From an uncultured Candidatus Saccharibacteria bacterium (lineage in GTDB: Bacteria > Patescibacteriota > WWE3 > UBA101185 > UBA10185), in contig CAYLMU010000003.1 of NCBI GenBank assembly GCA_964385105.1, positions 2,470 through 66,469 on the forward strand: a stretch of DNA of 64,000 bases, written 5' to 3'. The position numbers were made by a program, and so were the translations under genes. Below, one piece after another: positions 50,627 to 61,519 of this stretch (the stretch's first letter is position 1; the number at the start of each line of letters is the position of its first letter). A model generated the notes under the pieces. The model made no database searches and was not told the DNA's origin. It worked only from the letters and a program-made list of their open reading frames with translations.

Positions 50627-52927
50627 TTAAACCAAAATGTTTATTTCAAGTTGGTCATTTTTTGCTACTGCACTTAGTTTTAGGGGTCTTACAGAATTTT
50701 GCAATAACACTTTTGCTACCTCATCAAGTAAATTCCTTTCCACCACGCGCCTTAATGACCTGGCACCATATTCTTTTGAATAACCTAACTTAAGCAAATG
50801 GTCTTTTGCCGATTTATTTAAACGTAAGCTTATTTGCTGTTCTTTAAGGTTTTTGTCCACTTCTTTTAGCAATAAATCCAAAACTCTCATTTGATCTTGT
50901 TTTGTTAAACGCTTAAATACAATTACCTCGTCAAATCGGTTTATAAGCTCAGGCTTAAGAATTTTCTTTAAATTTTGTTTAAGGTTTTTTGCTATTGTCT
51001 CTTCTTCTGCCGTTGCAATAGATTCTGTGAATCCGATTTCCTGATTGTGTAGTATTTCTGTACCCAAGTTACTGGTTAATATAATAACAGCACGTGAAAA
51101 ATCAAAAACATGTCCTTTTGCATCAGAAAGTTCTCCTTCTTCCATTATTTGCAATAAAATGTTTAATACATCAGGGTGTGCTTTTTCGATTTCATCAAAC
51201 AAAACCACACTGTTTGGCTGTAATTCTATTTTTTGAGTAAGTTCTCCCCCCTCGTTGTATCCGACATATCCCGGAGGCGCCCCAACCAGACGTGCAACAG
51301 TATGCTTTTCACTAAAATCACTCATATCAAGCCTAATTAAGTGATTAAACCCTACTCCGCCAAATGCATGTTGGGACAACACTTTTGCAAGTTCTGTTTT
51401 ACCCACACCTGTTGGACCTAAAAACAAAAAACTCCCAATCGGTCTTTTTTTAGGCCTTAGACCTAGCTTTGATCTTATTAAAGCGCGTGCAACAGAATCT
51501 ACGGCCTCATCCTGTCCTATGATTTCTTTTTTTATTCTCTGGGATAAATCACTTAACAACTGTGTGTCTACCTCTTCATCTTGAGATTTGGTCATATTCA
51601 TTTCTCGCAAAGTGTCGTCTATATCCTGTTTTGTTAATACAACCGGACTACTTGTTACCATTTTGTCCTCATAACTCGTAAGTTTTTTTTCGTATTCTCT
51701 AATTTTGTCCTGATGAACCGCTGCTTCTTCATAATTTCCTTTGTCTAAGCTTTTGTCCATAGCCTCAAAAAGCATCATTGTTTTATCTACCAAGTTTTTG
51801 TAACCTTCTGGAACTTTACTTTTTTTCACCAAAACACGAGCACAGGCTGCATCGAGTAAATTTATACCCTTTTGTGGAAATTTAATGTGATGTATATGTT
51901 CTAAAGATGAGTCATAAACGTAATCAATAACGCCGGGCTCCATTTTAATATTATGAAATTCCTCAAGTGCACTGGCTTTGGTGTGTAATATTTCAAGTGT
52001 CTTTTGTTCCCCCGGCTCCGGTACTTCAATTATGGTAAAGTTTTGAAAAATATGGTCATTATCTGCAGTAATGCGGTCATAAACAGACGATGAAATCGTG
52101 GCAATAAAGTTAACACCTGATGACTCAAGCGTATCGCGCAATGCCGGAAATATAGCCGGTATTCCAACTCCTGAACCCGTTGGAATAAATAAGCTTTCAA
52201 AATTTTTAATACTCAGTATTACCCTATTTAAACTCTGCAACTCTTCATGAAGCTGCATCAGAGTAAAATCAATATTACCTTTGGATGCAAGACTTGAAAT
52301 ATAATTCATTAAATCAAACTCAATTACTCTATAGCCTGCTAAATGAGGCGGTACATCAAGAGATGCAATATCCCGTACCAGCAAATTAATCAACGAATTC
52401 TTGCCTACACCCATATCACCAACAATTAATGCATTGGAATTTTCTTTTTTTAAAAACACAGAAACCAGTTGCTCAAGCTCTTTTCTTTCTACCAAAGGTT
52501 CTTTATATAATTTGTATAAATTTCTACTTAAATCAACGCCATAAGCATCTATGAGTAAATTGTCTTTTTTTGCAGGATTGAGTACTTTTAATGCTTTTGG
52601 AAACAAGTTAGTACTCAAAAGATTTTCTTTTACTTTTTCATAATCCGGGGATTTTGTTATTTTAAGCAACGACAACAATAAATGCTCCGTACCAACATAT
52701 GGATGTTCTAATTTTGATGACTGGTAATATGCTTCGGTTACCAACTGATTTACATCAATCGCTACTCTCTTATTTATCTTTGCTTTAGGAAAATTTTTTA
52801 ATAACAAACCGGCCAAGCCTGCAGATTTAGTTAATAAAGTAACTATTTCTGCAGATTTAACCACCTTTTCGTCAGATAGCTGAGTTATTACGTACTTAGC
52901 TCTTTTAGTTAATCTATGTAACGGCAT
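50627..52927 (-). CDS. clpC: ClpC/ClpA-like AAA+ chaperone with degenerate first ATPase domain
   Basis: Clp-N (GTEHLLL); NBD2 GPTGVGKTELAK, GAPPGYVGY, FDEIEKAH, GAR.LRR. Confidence 0.85.
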   Translation of the reverse strand: MPLHRLTKRAKYVITQLSDEKVVKSAEIVTLLTKSAGLAGLLLKNFPKAKINKRVAIDVNQLVTEAYYQSSKLEHPYVGTEHLLLSLLKITKSPDYEKVKENLLSTNLFPKALKVLNPAKKDNLLIDAYGVDLSRNLYKLYKEPLVERKELEQLVSVFLKKENSNALIVGDMGVGKNSLINLLVRDIASLDVPPHLAGYRVIEFDLMNYISSLASKGNIDFTLMQLHEELQSLNRVILSIKNFESLFIPTGSGVGIPAIFPALRDTLESSGVNFIATISSSVYDRITADNDHIFQNFTIIEVPEPGEQKTLEILHTKASALEEFHNIKMEPGVIDYVYDSSLEHIHHIKFPQKGINLLDAACARVLVKKSKVPEGYKNLVDKTMMLFEAMDKSLDKGNYEEAAVHQDKIREYEKKLTSYEDKMVTSSPVVLTKQDIDDTLREMNMTKSQDEEVDTQLLSDLSQRIKKEIIGQDEAVDSVARALIRSKLGLRPKKRPIGSFLFLGPTGVGKTELAKVLSQHAFGGVGFNHLIRLDMSDFSEKHTVARLVGAPPGYVGYNEGGELTQKIELQPNSVVLFDEIEKAHPDVLNILLQIMEEGELSDAKGHVFDFSRAVIILTSNLGTEILHNQEIGFTESIATAEEETIAKNLKQNLKKILKPELINRFDEVIVFKRLTKQDQMRVLDLLLKEVDKNLKEQQISLRLNKSAKDHLLKLGYSKEYGARSLRRVVERNLLDEVAKVLLQNSVRPLKLSAVAKNDQLEINILV

Positions 52928-54042
52928 TATTTTTCTTCTTCAAGTCTTCTGGTGCTTAATGCAAGCTTTTGTTTAGATCCATCTACATTCGTAACAATAG
53001 CCTCAACCTTATCCCCTATTTTGAGCGGAGTAGCAGCCTCCGACACATGAATCAAACCGTCTAACCCTTTTTCAAGATTAACAAACGCTCCAAATGGAAC
53101 GATTTTGCTTACAACACCTTCGACTTTTGTTCCTTCCGAATATCTTTCTTCTACACCTTCCCAAGGATTTTTTATAAGTTGTTTGACGCTTAAAGCCAAT
53201 TTCTTTGATTTATCATCAATACCCAAAACTTTTACCTCAATTGGAGATCCAACAGAATAATAATCAGCCGGGTTACTTACTTTTTCCCATGCAATCTCAC
53301 TAATATGAACAAGCCCTTCAACTCCGTTTAAATCAACAAACAATCCAAAAGGCATAACACCGGTTACAATACCTTCCAAAATGTCACCTTCGTTTATCTG
53401 ACTTAATTTTTCTTCACGTGCTTCTTCACTATATGTAGCTGCAGCTTCTTTTTCAGATAAAACGAGCCTATTTTTTGCTCTATCATGCTCAATTACTTTT
53501 ACTTTCAACTGTTTTCCTGCTAAAACCTGCAAACTCTCTTTTAACTCTGCTTCATTACCTGATGCAGTATTAGTTAAATCTTCAGCAAAATGCACGCGGT
53601 CTAAGTGCGACAAAGGAACAAAGCCCCTCATACCTAAACAGTCCACCAACAATCCTCCTTTTGTATATTCAAGAACTGTTACTTCAAGCACTGCGCCGGT
53701 TTCATATGCATCCTCAATATTGCTCCATTTTCTATCTTTTTCAGCCCTTTTAAGTGAAAGAACCAAATACCCCTGATCATTCTCAGACTGAATAACCATT
53801 GCCAAAACAGTATCCCCGGGCTTTAGATTTTTATAAGATTTATCTGAATCAACAAGTTCTTCACCTGTAATTATTCCTTCACTTTTTGCACCCACATCAA
53901 CCAAAACCTCATTTGACCCTGCCGATACAACAACACCTTCAACCAAATCGCCAAATTGAAACTGCTTAATATCAATGTCACTGTCTTTGAGCAGTTTAGT
54001 CATCACGGAATCTTCTTTGTGTATAGTTTTTGCTTTTGCCAT
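52927..54042 (-). CDS. rpsA: 30S ribosomal protein S1 (short, four S1 domains)
   Basis: VDVGAKSEG, GF.P.S, FGLFV..GVEGLVHISE, FGAFV..DGLIHVSE. Confidence 0.92.
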   Translation of the reverse strand: MAKAKTIHKEDSVMTKLLKDSDIDIKQFQFGDLVEGVVVSAGSNEVLVDVGAKSEGIITGEELVDSDKSYKNLKPGDTVLAMVIQSENDQGYLVLSLKRAEKDRKWSNIEDAYETGAVLEVTVLEYTKGGLLVDCLGMRGFVPLSHLDRVHFAEDLTNTASGNEAELKESLQVLAGKQLKVKVIEHDRAKNRLVLSEKEAAATYSEEAREEKLSQINEGDILEGIVTGVMPFGLFVDLNGVEGLVHISEIAWEKVSNPADYYSVGSPIEVKVLGIDDKSKKLALSVKQLIKNPWEGVEERYSEGTKVEGVVSKIVPFGAFVNLEKGLDGLIHVSEAATPLKIGDKVEAIVTNVDGSKQKLALSTRRLEEEK

Positions 54043-54267
54043 AAAAAATAAAGTAATCGTTTTGAAACTATGTACTGCTGCATTCGGAACAAAACGACAA
54101 AGCCCGATTTACCAGCGTATGAAGTATATAGTAATGTATTTTATTTTACAAGGAATATGTTTTTTGGTTATAGCAGAGGTGTGGATGACGTGGTTTTGAT
54201 TTCTAATTAAAAAAAGAAGTGAACTTTTAACTATTGCTAGCAAAAGAACACTTCTTATTTACATCGA

Positions 54268-54612
54268 CTATGCAAAAAGCTGTGGCCAATTTATTTTAGG
54301 TATAAACTTTATACCTAGCCTCCTATACTCATTTTCCACGTCATGATTGTCGGATGTTCCAATGATAATACCAGGTGAAACGCCTTGAGCTATAAGCCTT
54401 TTAGCGCAAACTATACCGGCTTCCGGGTTATTATCAAAACGGGTATCAAGTATAATCAGGTTAAATGGCCCGTTTGTAGATAATTGTTCAAGCGCTTCTT
54501 GACAGGTGGTAACCTGCACCAGCTCACCAATTCCTGAAATCTCCGCAAAAGCACGGGCTAATGCCCTATGATCCGGAGAATCCTCAACCTGCAACACTCT
54601 AACTTTTTCCAT
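54268..54612 (-). CDS. Stand-alone response regulator receiver domain
   Basis: VLQVEDS, LIILD, GTS, IPK. Confidence 0.8.
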   Translation of the reverse strand: MEKVRVLQVEDSPDHRALARAFAEISGIGELVQVTTCQEALEQLSTNGPFNLIILDTRFDNNPEAGIVCAKRLIAQGVSPGIIIGTSDNHDVENEYRRLGIKFIPKINWPQLFA

Positions 54613-54622
54613 TTCTCATCCT

Positions 54623-54985
54623 TTATTCTTTTAACAATCTCTTAAGTGTTTGTATAAGTATCTCAACACCAGAGAAATCTAATTTATCAACCACACGTTT
54701 AGCCCCCGCAGATGTAAATACTCCTCTTGGCAAAGTGCTGGCTGTAAACATTACAATCTTAGCTTCAGGATGTTTTTTGAGTATCCTTGGAATTGCTTCT
54801 AATCCAGATAATCTACCTTCACCAAAGCTATCATCCAGTACAATTACAGCAACCCCTTCTAAAGTGCTAGCCAACAAATCTTCAACGGTTGAAAATACTT
54901 TAACTTCATACCCTGCACTCCTTAACTTACCACTCACATACATTCTAGCTGTGGTGTTATCATCAGCATAGGCAACGATTTCCAT
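54623..54985 (-). CDS. Stand-alone response regulator receiver domain
   Basis: YADDN, IVLD, SGLE, MFTA, GA..VVDK. Confidence 0.85.
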   Translation of the reverse strand: MEIVAYADDNTTARMYVSGKLRSAGYEVKVFSTVEDLLASTLEGVAVIVLDDSFGEGRLSGLEAIPRILKKHPEAKIVMFTASTLPRGVFTSAGAKRVVDKLDFSGVEILIQTLKRLLKE

Positions 54986-55120
54986 CTTACTCTCCTTTTT
55001 TACGAGTGTAAATTATAGGCATTGTGTTATGCCACGTCTTTTACACTATCGGTATAAGCCAATAAAATTTGAGTGAATATTATCAATAATTTTAGGAATT
55101 TACAAAAACTGATAAGCAAT

Positions 55121-55237
<117 letters not shown>

Positions 55238-55378
55238 ATTACCTACCAGTATTTAAATTTCAAAAAGTACTCAATTTGTGAGCAAAAGCGATGGACCCAG
55301 TAAACCCGAAATGGGCAACCGGACCCTCGATTTTGCTCACAAAAGAACTACGCTCTGACAAGACGTAGTATGCTGATA

Positions 55379-55425
55379 AAGAAAAACAATCTGCAGGCCT
55401 GAAAGGCCGAAGCCGTTTTTCGTAT
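55379..55425. repeat. 47-bp repeat, copy 1 (23S-5S spacer)
   Basis: 46/47 identical to 58941-58987. Confidence 0.9.
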
Positions 55426-55932
55426 CAGCATACGAAGCTGTACTCTAAAAACTGAACAAAACTTTGATTAAGCCCAATTACTAAAAGTCTTAATTTAAAG
55501 ATGCGCACACATTAGTACTGCTTAGCTAAACACATTACTGTGCGTACACTTGCAGCCTATCAACCTGGTAATCTCCCAGGAGGTACGTCCGATAAATCGG
55601 AAGAATTCTAATCTTGGGATGGGCTTCGTGCTTAGATGCTTTCAGCACTTATCCCGACCGAACGTAGCTACCCAGCGATGCCACTGGCGTGACAACTGGA
55701 ACACTAGAGGTTCGTCCGCTCCGGTCCTCTCGTACTAGGAACAGCCTCCCTCAGAATTCATACGCTCGTTGTGGAAAGAGACCGAACTGTCTTACGACGT
55801 TCTGAACCCATCTAACGCGCCTCTTTAATGGGCGAACAGCCCAACCCTTGGAACCTGCTTCAGCTCCAGGATGAGACGAGACGACATCGAGGTGCCAAAC
55901 ACCGCCGCCGCTATGAACGCTCGAGCGGTATT

Positions 55933-55965
<33 letters not shown>

Positions 55966-56450
55966 AAGTTCCGAGCTTACCATAAAGCATTCGGAAGATC
56001 ATTAAGACCTACTTTCGTAACTGCGCGACTTGTGTGTCTTGCAGTAAAGCTCCCATATACCTTTACGCTTACAGCGCCATTTCCATCGGCGCTAAGGGAA
56101 CCTTTGTGCTCCTGCGTTACTTTTTAGCAGGAAACCGCCCCAGTTAAACTGCCCATCAAGCATTGTCCTCGTACCCGATAAGGGCACACAGTAAGACTCA
56201 TAATATTAGAAGAGAGGTGTTACATTGGCGACTAGCTCACCTAAGCGAGCTAATCTCCCTCCTACGCTATACAACTAATATCACTTGTCAATGCCAGACT
56301 ACAGTAAAGCTCCACGGGGTCTATTTGTCCAACAACGAGTAACCGGCATCTTCACCGGTAGTTCAATTTCACCGAGTCCGTGATTAAGAGAGTGCTCAAG
56401 TCGTTACGCCTTTCGTGCGGGCCGGAACTTACCCGGCAAGGGATTACGCT

Positions 56451-57186
56451 TGTTAATTCTTCATCTATATTAAATAGACTTTGAGTAACCTTCCCAGTGT
56501 TACTCCTGCATGTCGCCATGCAGACGCCACTATATCTTCATGCACTAGCATGTTTGGCGTATAGTGTGTGAGGATTCAAGAAACTTTGGAGTAACCTTAC
56601 GATTCATAAGACTACATAATAATGCAATCTCATGTATACCGTTAAAATTAAGGTGTTTCCTTTGTTCAATCAATTCCATAATTTCGCAGAATAATTGAAA
56701 ATCATTTTGCTTACTTGTTCTTAATTTGTGTGCCCTAAAAAAAGGTACTATTTTTGAATTAAGATCTGTAATGGATCTCACACAATAGCGATAAAGGTCT
56801 TCGTTGTGATTATCAAACCTTCTGTTTAAATATACTTTTCCACATCCAAAAAAGTTTTGGAAAATGTAAAGAACATTTTTACTCTTTGCTGATTGTGTGA
56901 CTATGAACTCTGGAAATACCTGCCAACCGGTTTTGCTCGTGGAGTTTTTTAGTATGCTTACTGTAAAAGCACCCTCCCCATCTACAAACCCAATTATCCA
57001 ACCAATGGTTTCTTGTCTTTCCTGCTGATTGTCCGCACTTGCTGCATTTTCACTCAACACATCCGAATATTATCCGAACATGTTAAGTAGCACAAGATTC
57101 TTTATTCTACTTTTAATAGACACTACCTTTTTTAGGTAGACGGAGTTTCCAGCATATAGCCAAATTTTACTATGGCGGCGCGATTC
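56451..57186 (-). ncRNA. Group I intron at 23S position L1931 (736 nt)
   Basis: Splits conserved GGT^AGCG. P1 CUAUGGU/GCCAUAG with U.G at the splice site; P (AUGCUGGAAA), Q (AAUCAGCAGG), R, S, P8 and P9 all identifiable. Confidence 0.93.
56545..57060 (-). CDS. Single-motif LAGLIDADG homing endonuclease (intron-encoded)
   Basis: WIIGFVDGEGAF, F.VTQ, FFGCG.V, IVPFF..H.L.T.K..DF. Confidence 0.93.
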   Translation of the reverse strand: MLSENAASADNQQERQETIGWIIGFVDGEGAFTVSILKNSTSKTGWQVFPEFIVTQSAKSKNVLYIFQNFFGCGKVYLNRRFDNHNEDLYRYCVRSITDLNSKIVPFFRAHKLRTSKQNDFQLFCEIMELIEQRKHLNFNGIHEIALLCSLMNRKVTPKFLESSHTIRQTC

Positions 57187-58033
57187 ACCATAGAACAGTT
57201 ATAGTTACTGCTGCCGTTCACCCGAGCTTCGACCAAAAGCTCATTCACAATTGCACAAGTGCAAAAGTAAGATCACCTCCAGCTTTAACTTACGGGCACT
57301 GGGCAGGCGTCGGCCCCTATACATCCCCTTACGGGTTTAGCAGAGACCTGTGTTTTTGATAAACAGTCGCTTGAACCATTTTTGTGCCCCCTACGTATCT
57401 CTACGCAGGGCATCCTTTTCCCTAAGTTACGGATGTAATTTGCCTAGTTCCTCGATCACGGTTCTCTCGTTCGCCTTGGTATTCTCTACCTGTCTACCTG
57501 TGTCGGATTGCGGTACGGATATCATAGGATCTCCCTAGAAGATTTTCTTGGAAGCTTAACGCAGCTAAATCAGCGGTATTACCCGCTTTTCCACCGGCTC
57601 GTATAAACGCCTGTGCGGATTTGCCTACACAGACTGACTTGCCTTCTGGACTGGAATCCTTAACCAGCCTAGCCTATCAAACTCCGTCCCTCCATTGGTA
57701 ATAATGATCAAATGATAGTGCAGGAATATTAACCTGCTGTCCATCGGTTACGCCCTTCGGCCTCACCTTAGGACCGACTTACCCTCCGTTGACTGACATA
57801 GCGGAGGAAACCTTAGACTTCCGGCGGGGTGGGTTTTCACCACCCTCTCGTTACTCATGCCCACATTCTCACTTGATGCCGCTCCAGCATACCTCACGAT
57901 ACACCTTCAGTGCAGACATCAATGCTCCCCTACCATCCATTAAAATCTAAAAGAAATTAATGAATCCACAGCTTCGGTTCTTTGCTTTAGCCCCGTTAAA
58001 TCATCGGCGCGAAACCGTTGAACTAGTGAGCTG

Positions 58034-58076
<43 letters not shown>

Positions 58077-58645
58077 AGCTGTCTAAACAGTTTCACTTCC
58101 TTACCCACTAAGCAAAGATTAGGGACCTTATCTGATGGTCCGGGTTGTTTCCCTCTCGTACCAGGAACTTGCTCCCTAGTACTGACTCCTAAGTTGAAGA
58201 TTTGCGCATTCGGAGTTTGGTAAGAATGGGTACGCTTGCGCGCCCCAATTCTTTTCAGTATCTCTACCTCACAAATCCATAATAACTTAGGGCTATACCT
58301 AAATATATTTCGGGGAGAGCCAGCTATCGCCGAGTTCGATAAGCGTTTCACCTCTTACCACAAGTCATCCCAGCATTTTTCCGCATACACGGGTTCGGTC
58401 CTCCGCCTGTCTTTCGACAGGTTTCAACCTGCTCATGGTAAGCTCACTCGGCTTCGGGTCTAATAACATATACTAAAGCGCCCTTTTAAGACTCGCTTTC
58501 GCTGCGTCTACACAACTGAGTTGCTTAAACTTGCATATGTTATTAACTCGCGGGCTCATTCTTCAATAGGCACAACATCACACCACAAGGGTGCTCTGTC
58601 AGCTTGTTTGCATACGGTTTCAGGTTCTATTTCACTCCCCTAACA

Positions 58646-58677
<32 letters not shown>

Positions 58678-58940
58678 TGTTCACTATCGGTGTCCTCATG
58701 TATTTAGCCTTAGCTGATGGTCCAGCTGTATTCACACAGGGTTTCACGTGCCCCATGCTACTCTGGATAAACCCAAGAAGGCATTTTTGTTTCGAATACA
58801 GGGCTATTACCTGCTATGGCGCAGCTTTCCAGCTGGCTTCTTCTACAAAAATACTTTTTTACTTCTTTGTCATTCAAGATGACGTAGGGCTTTCCTAACC
58901 CCCTAATCTTAAAACTTTGTTTCAAAATATTTGTGCAATT

Positions 58941-58987
58941 AAGAAAAACAATCTGCAGGCCTAAAAGGCCGAAGCCGTTTTTCGTAT
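58941..58987. repeat. 47-bp repeat, copy 2 (inside an expanded 23S domain I helix)
   Basis: 46/47 identical to 55379-55425. Confidence 0.9.
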
Positions 58988-59512
58988 TGCAAAATTTTTA
59001 AGACTTGGGTTTGGGCTCATTCCTTTTCGCTCGCCGCTACTCAGGAAATACCTAATGGTATCTTTTCCTCCAGTTACTAAGTTGTTTCAGTTCACTGGGT
59101 ACCCATCTATGCACCTATGTTCGCCCGAAGGCAAATTTCAGCACATGATCACCTCATATTACTATGGATGGAGTTTCCTCATTCGGAGATTCCCGGTTAA
59201 TAGCGCTTCTTGTCAGCTCACCGAGACTTAACGCAGACTTGCACGTCCTTCATCGGCACAAGGACCCAAGGCATCCACCGTATGCATTAGTATCTTTAAT
59301 ATCAAGACGAATTGAACTTAAATCTAGTTTTGTTCAGTTTTCAAAGTACATGCTACGTTTTACATTTTCAAAAACTGTCCTCGGGCATAGCCCTGCGGAT
59401 TGTTTTTTCAAATTGTAAAACTTCGCCACAATTAAGTGACTTGTTGGCAATTCGTCGCTTTCGCTCCTATTGCACATCAATTCACTAAACTCACTTCATT
59501 CGTTAAGTGACT

Positions 59513-59589
59513 TGGTGGACCCGGCGGGATTCGAACCCGCGACCCCTGCAGTGCAAATGCAGTGCTCTAGCCAACTGAGCTACAGGCCC
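59513..59589 (-). tRNA. tRNA-Ala(TGC)
   Basis: Cloverleaf, G3.U70, anticodon arm CTGCA-TTTGCAC-TGCAG, CCA. Confidence 0.95.
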
Positions 59590-59746
59590 AGAATAATAAG
59601 TAAAATCGTATTCCAATATTACTTAGTTAGGGCCTCCCAGTCAACCGGCCAAAAGGTCCATAATATATTATTTTTCAGTTTGTTCAGAGCTTCTGTCGCA
59701 ATGACATTAAATCCTTTCGGATGGAAGTTGTATAGTAAGTGTGTGT

Positions 59747-59775
59747 AGATTAGCATTGTGAATATTTTGTGTCAA
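59747..59775 (-). promoter_or_regulatory. Promoter of the tRNA-Ala-23S-5S unit
   Basis: TTGACA-17 nt (ending TGC)-TAATCT. Confidence 0.6.
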
Positions 59776-59872
59776 GGGTTATAGCTAAATTGTATATGAC
59801 CGGGTTTAAGTTATAATCTCAATAAAAAAAGCGGCATCAAGAAAAGTAAATTCTTATACCGCTTTTGTTTGC

Positions 59873-60382
59873 TTAACTTAGGTAGCTTAGTAATAAAACT
59901 ATCAATACAAGTGTCAAAGATAGCTTAATTACAATTGGTTTAATCTCCATGTTTTCTAACTTTCCCCTCAGTGTTATTGTCACTTCACCGGTTAAAGGTA
60001 ATACTTCAATAACTGCTTCCTTGACACCTGTGAGTATTCCTTTAACACCATTGCTATCAATCCTCACAGGAATTTGTATCACATCTTGCCTATTTTGCTC
60101 CAAACCATAAATGTACTTTGGATACTCTCCCGAATCATCCCTGTACACTCCGTTATTTTGAGCTATGGCATAAGCTCTTTTCCATAACTCAGTCTTTGAA
60201 ATCTTCCGGAACTTAGGTAATGGAAACTTTACTGCAAACGGTGCCTCGGTGAACGCAATGTGAGTATCGTATGCTGAAGTCACTCTATTTTTTTCAAAAT
60301 GCTTGAGTAGCCATTGTGCAGCCACTTCTACCTCGTCAGCAGTCGGTTCATCCCACAAAGAGATTTTCTTTTTAGATGACAT
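59873..60382 (-). CDS. Tail-anchored hypothetical protein (paralog of 60516-61337)
   Basis: C-terminal TM; AAGGAG SD; motifs shared with its neighbour. Confidence 0.75.
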   Translation of the reverse strand: MSSKKKISLWDEPTADEVEVAAQWLLKHFEKNRVTSAYDTHIAFTEAPFAVKFPLPKFRKISKTELWKRAYAIAQNNGVYRDDSGEYPKYIYGLEQNRQDVIQIPVRIDSNGVKGILTGVKEAVIEVLPLTGEVTITLRGKLENMEIKPIVIKLSLTLVLIVLLLSYLS

Positions 60383-60515
60383 CTGTTGTCTTACTCCTTT
60401 TATTGTTTATTAGAATAAAACACATTTTAAATAGTATTTCAACCTATAGAAAAAATGAATAAAAAAGCGACTGTAACCATGCAATAATTTGCATTGGTCA
60501 AGCCGCTTTTGTACT

Positions 60516-61337
60516 TTATGCGAGCAAATATAGTAAAACCACTATAATCCCAAGAATTCCAAGAGGAATTGAAATTTTTACGGTTTTACTAACTGCATCT
60601 TCAAGCTTCGCCCTAATCCTGATGAAGACCGTTGCCTCTCCAGTTAAGCGGTCAATTTCCACATCCATTTTGGGCTCACCTGTAAGCCTCAATGTTCCCT
60701 TAATTCCTTGTTCGTCCACGTTGAGAGGAATATTTAACACGTGAAAAGCACCAGCAGTTGATGCGATTGAATCATCATTAACTTTCGATCCCTCTAACAC
60801 ATAAGAATCATATTTACCGATCTTTCTGATAACAACGCCTTGCTTTTCAGCTCCTTGAATTACCTTTTTCCACAAAGGTCTGTATACAATCTTCGCAGAT
60901 CGAGGGAGTGGCCTTGCAATTTCTGATTTTAAAAGCATTCTATGAGTAGTTTGAACCCGTACATTACCCTTATTACTCACCACATGTGCAACAAGCCAAT
61001 CAACAACCTTTCTAACCTGCTCAGGCGTGGGATTATCCCAGTCTGCTATCATAGCATGTCTTCTTTGTACCTCTGCATGTGCCTTAGAAGTCCAAAGACC
61101 CTTTAGTTTAGGATCATAAATAAAACCAAACTCCGGAGCATGTTTTTTGAGAGCATCTCGAAACTTATCAAGCGAGGGGGGCACTGAGGTGGATCTATCG
61201 TGCTTTACGGCCCATGAACGTGCATTTTCTAAAGGGAAAGGCTTTTCGTTTTGAAGATTATATCTTTCCACATTTAATACTGCTTGTCTATAAAAGTTTC
61301 TCACAAAATCGTCCAGTGCAGCATTACTCATTCCCAT
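60516..61337 (-). CDS. Tail-anchored hypothetical protein
   Basis: C-terminal TM; SD-like GGAAGG; paralogous C-terminal ~170 aa. Confidence 0.75.
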   Translation of the reverse strand: MGMSNAALDDFVRNFYRQAVLNVERYNLQNEKPFPLENARSWAVKHDRSTSVPPSLDKFRDALKKHAPEFGFIYDPKLKGLWTSKAHAEVQRRHAMIADWDNPTPEQVRKVVDWLVAHVVSNKGNVRVQTTHRMLLKSEIARPLPRSAKIVYRPLWKKVIQGAEKQGVVIRKIGKYDSYVLEGSKVNDDSIASTAGAFHVLNIPLNVDEQGIKGTLRLTGEPKMDVEIDRLTGEATVFIRIRAKLEDAVSKTVKISIPLGILGIIVVLLYLLA

Positions 61338-61519
61338 CTCTTACCTTCCTTTTTTATTCGATTATCAATTTAAAAACATTTTACAAAAAAATAAAATAAA
61401 AACAAGCTATAGGGCATAAAAGTATATAAATTTCATTTGTACATCAATCCATACAGCCACATACAAAAAAAGAGCTGATAACCATGCACATCAAATGCAA
61501 AAGTCATCAGCTCAATTTG

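Noticed and set aside
56449-56451. Alternative 3' splice site ending in G (...AACAAG^CG)
   Set aside because: It would delete AG from the conserved GGUAGCG, because the 5' side continues GGU-GAAUC, not GGU-AG.
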